Below, in pieces: positions 6,906 through 10,246 of a stretch of 10,246 nt of DNA. Within the stretch, counting starts at the first letter, position 1. The number at the start of each line of letters is the position of its first letter. The translations under genes and the position numbers were made by a program. The notes beneath the pieces were generated by a model, which had not been told where the DNA came from, ran no database searches, and was given only the letters and a program-made list of their open reading frames with translations. The DNA comes from Amoeboradix gromovi X-113 (Eukaryota; Fungi; Sanchytriomycota). The stretch covers positions 1-10,246 of the forward strand of contig JADGIF010000353.1 in the NCBI GenBank assembly GCA_018985225.1. Direction: 5' to 3'.

Positions 6906-8930
6906 ATGAGTGCCAGAGATAATGAAGAGATGAAGAGACAAAATTCTGCTGACGTAATGATGGACGAAGAACTAGATGACGAATGGGATAATGAGCTAAG
7001 AAAAGAAGAACTGAACATCGAAAAAGAAATGTTTCGCCGTGAGTATGAGACCAACGGCTTCAACTTAAGAAAAAGATTTTTTATATTCATCGTTGTTAGC
7101 GGAACATTTGCTGGCCTTGGATTAATGTTAAGCAAGATCATTGGAGGTGTAGGTATTGATGGAACTGAAGTCGGTAGCTCAAATGGAACGTTTCCAAATA
7201 ATGGAGAGAAGCTTAAGTTATCTACCATATTGTATTACCTAGCATGCATTCCCTTTGCTTATTTTTTAGCTTCGTTTGCTGCTGTTTTCATCAAGTTTAT
7301 TTTGTCGCGTAAAAAAGAAAATACCCGATTGTTGGTATTTTATTTTTCCAAAATGAGTAATTACTTTGTACTTGCAGCGACAGGTGGTATATGCACTGGC
7401 TTATTAACCGCCTGTTTGGGTATTTGGCAGCCTTCACACTGGGCCTTGTTTAGAAGTGGACAATCCTTTAATGCAAGTATATATTATAGCGATGGCTTAT
7501 TCTTAGCTAGTGTTGTGACTGCATGGGGTGTAGTTCATATAATGGGTGTCATCTTATTTCGTAACTTTTCAATCAAATTCTTTAAGAGTGCGTATTATGA
7601 TAGGGTTATTCAAGCACTTTTTACCGAATATGTTCTCATAATGCTTAGCAGACCTACCAATACGATGAAAAGGAAACAAAGTAGCGATACTACCAATAAT
7701 TGCAACAATTCTGGTTCTTCTTACACTGCTATAGAAGATCCCTGGGACAACGTTAAGATAGAAAAAGTTCCTATTAAAGAGAAAGAGATTATTACCCGCC
7801 AAATTAGCAATTTAAGGCTAGCTGAATTTGTCACGTTCTTACAAGAGACTCCATATTTTCTAGTTCATACTGCAGAGCATGGAGATTCATCTAGTAGCTA
7901 CAGTAGTCCTACCAACCTCAAATCAGTCTCAAAGAATATGTTGGGATTGCTCAAGTCTCCACATTTACACAAATCGAAGTTAAAAAATGGACAAAACAGA
8001 GCACTTAGTGCCCGTAAACTGGGTCATAAACTATTTCACTTTCTGAAGTCACCAGAAAGAAATGAATTGGTCCAACAAGACTTCGAAAAGCACTTGTCCT
8101 TGCCTCTTGCTGAAGAAGCATTTTTGCTGTTTGATAAGAATTACGATGGCTCACTAGATTATCGAGAGTTTATTTTGACAGTCAACGAGATTTTAAAAGA
8201 ACGTAAAGCCATATCAGATTCGCTGAACGATGCCGAGAAAGCATTGTCGAAGTTGGAATCGGTGTTTTTTGCATGTTTCTGCTTCATATGGTTCTTTGTT
8301 GCTTTGTTTCTCTATGGTACGGACGTACAATCTACTTTTGTATCCTTGACATCTTTTATTGTCGGATTTGCATTTCTATTCGGCCCTGTAATAAAAAGCA
8401 TAGTGGATGGTGTAATATTCGTCTTTGTTTCTCATCCATTTGATATATCAGATAGAATTATGATCAACTCAACAGCTACAGGTCTACCAACAATGTACAC
8501 CGTAATGCGACTAAATATGTATAACACTGTTCTTAAAAGAAGCGATAATGCACATGTGGTATTTCCAAACTCAGTCATGGCAACTATGACAATCATAAAT
8601 CTTACAAAATCATCTCAAATGGTTGATATTGTCAAGTTCAACATTAACACAGACACCCCGATAGCAAAGATACGAAAGCTTGAAAAAGAGTTTAAGAAAT
8701 TTTTGATATCAAACAGCCAGCACTATAATGATGTTTTTGAGTTTTCGATGAACAAATGCGAAAATTTTCTTGAGATTGATGTTCGAATTAATCACAGGCA
8801 CAACTTCCATAATATGAAGAGATATAGAGAAAGAAGAACAAATGCAATTTATGAAATGATGGCTATACTGGAACATTTGGAAATTAAAAACGAGGATTTA
8901 GTTAAGCCTATTAGAAAAATTGAGCAGTGA
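6906..8930 (+). CDS. MscS-like mechanosensitive channel with EF-hand (fungal Msy1/Msy2 type)
   Basis: Several TM segments, canonical EF-hand loop DKNYDGSLDYRE, MscS signature FVFVSHPFDISDRI and FPNSVM. ATG 6906 is preferred over in-frame ATG 6861 because its AAATTAAAATGAG context resembles the POP start. Confidence 0.92.
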   Translation: MSARDNEEMKRQNSADVMMDEELDDEWDNELRKEELNIEKEMFRREYETNGFNLRKRFFIFIVVSGTFAGLGLMLSKIIGGVGIDGTEVGSSNGTFPNNGEKLKLSTILYYLACIPFAYFLASFAAVFIKFILSRKKENTRLLVFYFSKMSNYFVLAATGGICTGLLTACLGIWQPSHWALFRSGQSFNASIYYSDGLFLASVVTAWGVVHIMGVILFRNFSIKFFKSAYYDRVIQALFTEYVLIMLSRPTNTMKRKQSSDTTNNCNNSGSSYTAIEDPWDNVKIEKVPIKEKEIITRQISNLRLAEFVTFLQETPYFLVHTAEHGDSSSSYSSPTNLKSVSKNMLGLLKSPHLHKSKLKNGQNRALSARKLGHKLFHFLKSPERNELVQQDFEKHLSLPLAEEAFLLFDKNYDGSLDYREFILTVNEILKERKAISDSLNDAEKALSKLESVFFACFCFIWFFVALFLYGTDVQSTFVSLTSFIVGFAFLFGPVIKSIVDGVIFVFVSHPFDISDRIMINSTATGLPTMYTVMRLNMYNTVLKRSDNAHVVFPNSVMATMTIINLTKSSQMVDIVKFNINTDTPIAKIRKLEKEFKKFLISNSQHYNDVFEFSMNKCENFLEIDVRINHRHNFHNMKRYRERRTNAIYEMMAILEHLEIKNEDLVKPIRKIEQ

Positions 8931-8933
8931 TTA

Positions 8934-8940
8934 AATAAAC
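8934..8940 (+). terminator. Polyadenylation-like signal AATAAAC after the MscS gene
   Basis: AATAAAC begins 3 nt after the TGA stop. Confidence 0.55.
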
Positions 8941-8984
8941 AATATTGCGTTACTTTCTACCCTCACTAACAGCATATAATCACC

Positions 8985-9383
8985 TATACATGTCACTTCG
9001 TACCATTAAGTCGTGAAATTCAAGTTGATATAGATGATTTACTATTTGTGCTTTAAAATGTAGAGTACACCGCATTCGACTGTTTTTTGCTTTCATTCTT
9101 CATCACTGCTGATAAGAGAGTTCTTCGGAATGGTGTGAAGTGCATGACTGAAAACAGTACCAAAACGCTTGCAAAGACCCTTGCAATAACAAAAAATGTT
9201 ATGTTCAAGAGCTTGAGAGTCGAGTACTTTGCAGAATCCTTTTCAGACGGAGAAATTGTAAATGCAGTGGTTTCTGTGGATACGTAGGACACTATTGTTG
9301 AGCTTAGATACACCGACATAGTGCTCATTGGTATTTCATGGATCAAAAGTTGAGATAACAGTAGTTGTATGGAAAAGATGTAA
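8985..9383 (+). pseudogene. Probable decayed gene of unknown family (or a gene with unresolved tiny introns); limits approximate
   Basis: One frame reads ...REIQVDIDDLLFVL*NVEYTAFDCFLLSFFITADKRV...VVSVDT*DTIVELRYTDIVLIGISWIKS*DNSSCMEKM*, with three internal stops in about 130 codons. The overlapping minus ORF looks like its antisense shadow. Confidence 0.4.
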
Positions 9384-9455
9384 AAAAAATTATCATTTTT
9401 CTAAAGAGGATGATCCAGATACCATGGAGAAAAGAGTACGTGAAATGAATATATC

Positions 9456-10246
9456 TTAATTATGTGATAGTTTATTAAAATTTAATTCTAGTATCTCAGT
9501 TTTATATCCCACATGAGCATAGTAAACATCATCAACAACATCCGACATATTCTCTTTCTCTAACAACTTCAACCACCCTGCATTCATTGGATCGTCTGGT
9601 ATCTTGGAACGAACAAATTCAGGTAAAATCCAAATAAACTTGTCAAGTAGATTGTTTTCTTTCACTTTACTCAATACCCAAGTCTCTGATTGAAAATAAT
9701 TCAATGCAAAATCAACAAACCGTGTGATCTTTTTAGTGATACGTATAATGCGATCAAATTCTTCAGTGTCATCCTTCTTCAAAATCATCCTATTACCACT
9801 TAGGTCAAGTATCTTGATTTCCAGACTATCTGTCAGATCCGTAATAAATTTCAAGTCTTCTTTAACAAAGCAATTATTTGCGAGAGACAAATAACTTAAT
9901 TTTGTTACACCAAAATCTTTCATCAATCTATCACTTAGTGTCTCAACACTAAATGGAAAATCAGTTTCTCCGGCAATCATTTTGGAAGATTTAACTTTAG
10001 ATTCCAAAATTAAAATGGATTTGGAGTTGTCAAAAATAATGACTTCTTCCATTATCTCTTCAACAAATTGCTGGCCAATAAATTGTAACCTAATTGGTAA
10101 TTTTTCAATAAATTCATCGATTCCACGTCTAAGAAAACGATCAATGTCAACGTTTTTCAACAACTCTGCAAGTTTCGAATACTCTTTCCTTTTAACTTTT
10201 GTTTTAATCGCTTCTTTATATGTTCTATATATTGGGATTTCGGTCA
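9456..10246 (-). CDS. Leucine-rich-repeat (RNI-like) domain protein, 5'-partial
   Basis: LRR-like units KLSYLSLANNCF, IKILDLSGNRM and FVDFALNYF. The track start at 10163 is TTG, but the frame stays open to the window edge (TEIPIYRTYKEAIKTKVKRKEYSKLAELLKN...). The edge bases TG could belong to an ATG starting one base outside the window. Confidence 0.7.
   Translation of the reverse strand, partial: TEIPIYRTYKEAIKTKVKRKEYSKLAELLKNVDIDRFLRRGIDEFIEKLPIRLQFIGQQFVEEIMEEVIIFDNSKSILILESKVKSSKMIAGETDFPFSVETLSDRLMKDFGVTKLSYLSLANNCFVKEDLKFITDLTDSLEIKILDLSGNRMILKKDDTEEFDRIIRITKKITRFVDFALNYFQSETWVLSKVKENNLLDKFIWILPEFVRSKIPDDPMNAGWLKLLEKENMSDVVDDVYYAHVGYKTEILELNFNKLSHN

Noticed and set aside
5662-7802. 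Minus-strand ORFs 5662-5874, 6896-7228, 7569-7802
   Set aside because: Antisense to POP and MscS; the Ser-rich run simply mirrors acidic codons.
9053-9346. 97-aa minus-strand ORF
   Set aside because: No ATG start, and its S/T/F-rich composition is typical of an antisense shadow of the plus-strand relic frame.
1-10246. Alternative genetic code (TAA/TAG = Gln) to explain the broken frames
   Set aside because: The long conserved genes have no internal TAA/TAG and end at TAA, TAG or TGA at the expected positions.
1-10246. Prokaryotic origin or CRISPR array
   Set aside because: Eukaryote-type Trm1 and MscS, a spliceosomal intron and poly(A)-like signals; no regularly spaced repeat-spacer array seen.

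Overview
AT-rich, gene-dense eukaryotic window, most consistent with a compact early-diverging fungal or fungus-related genome (inference). Intact genes: a WD40-like protein, TRM1, prolyl oligopeptidase (with a hidden in-frame 21-nt GT-AG intron), a Msy1/Msy2-type EF-hand MscS-like channel, and a 5'-truncated LRR protein. The best discovery candidate is at ~470-870. It appears to be an internally deleted IS607-type element in which the N-terminal HTH of a serine-recombinase TnpA is joined in frame to the RuvC-III tail of a TnpB/Fanzor nuclease. Left-end-like direct repeats precede it and a hairpin-rich putative omegaRNA scaffold follows it. Its 3' flank (the would-be guide) matches 14/14 nt just upstream of the MscS gene. 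Also present: a 44-nt foldback between direct repeats, several stop-interrupted relic reading frames, and a shared AATAAAC 3'-end signal. All family calls come from motif recognition by eye; no searches were run.
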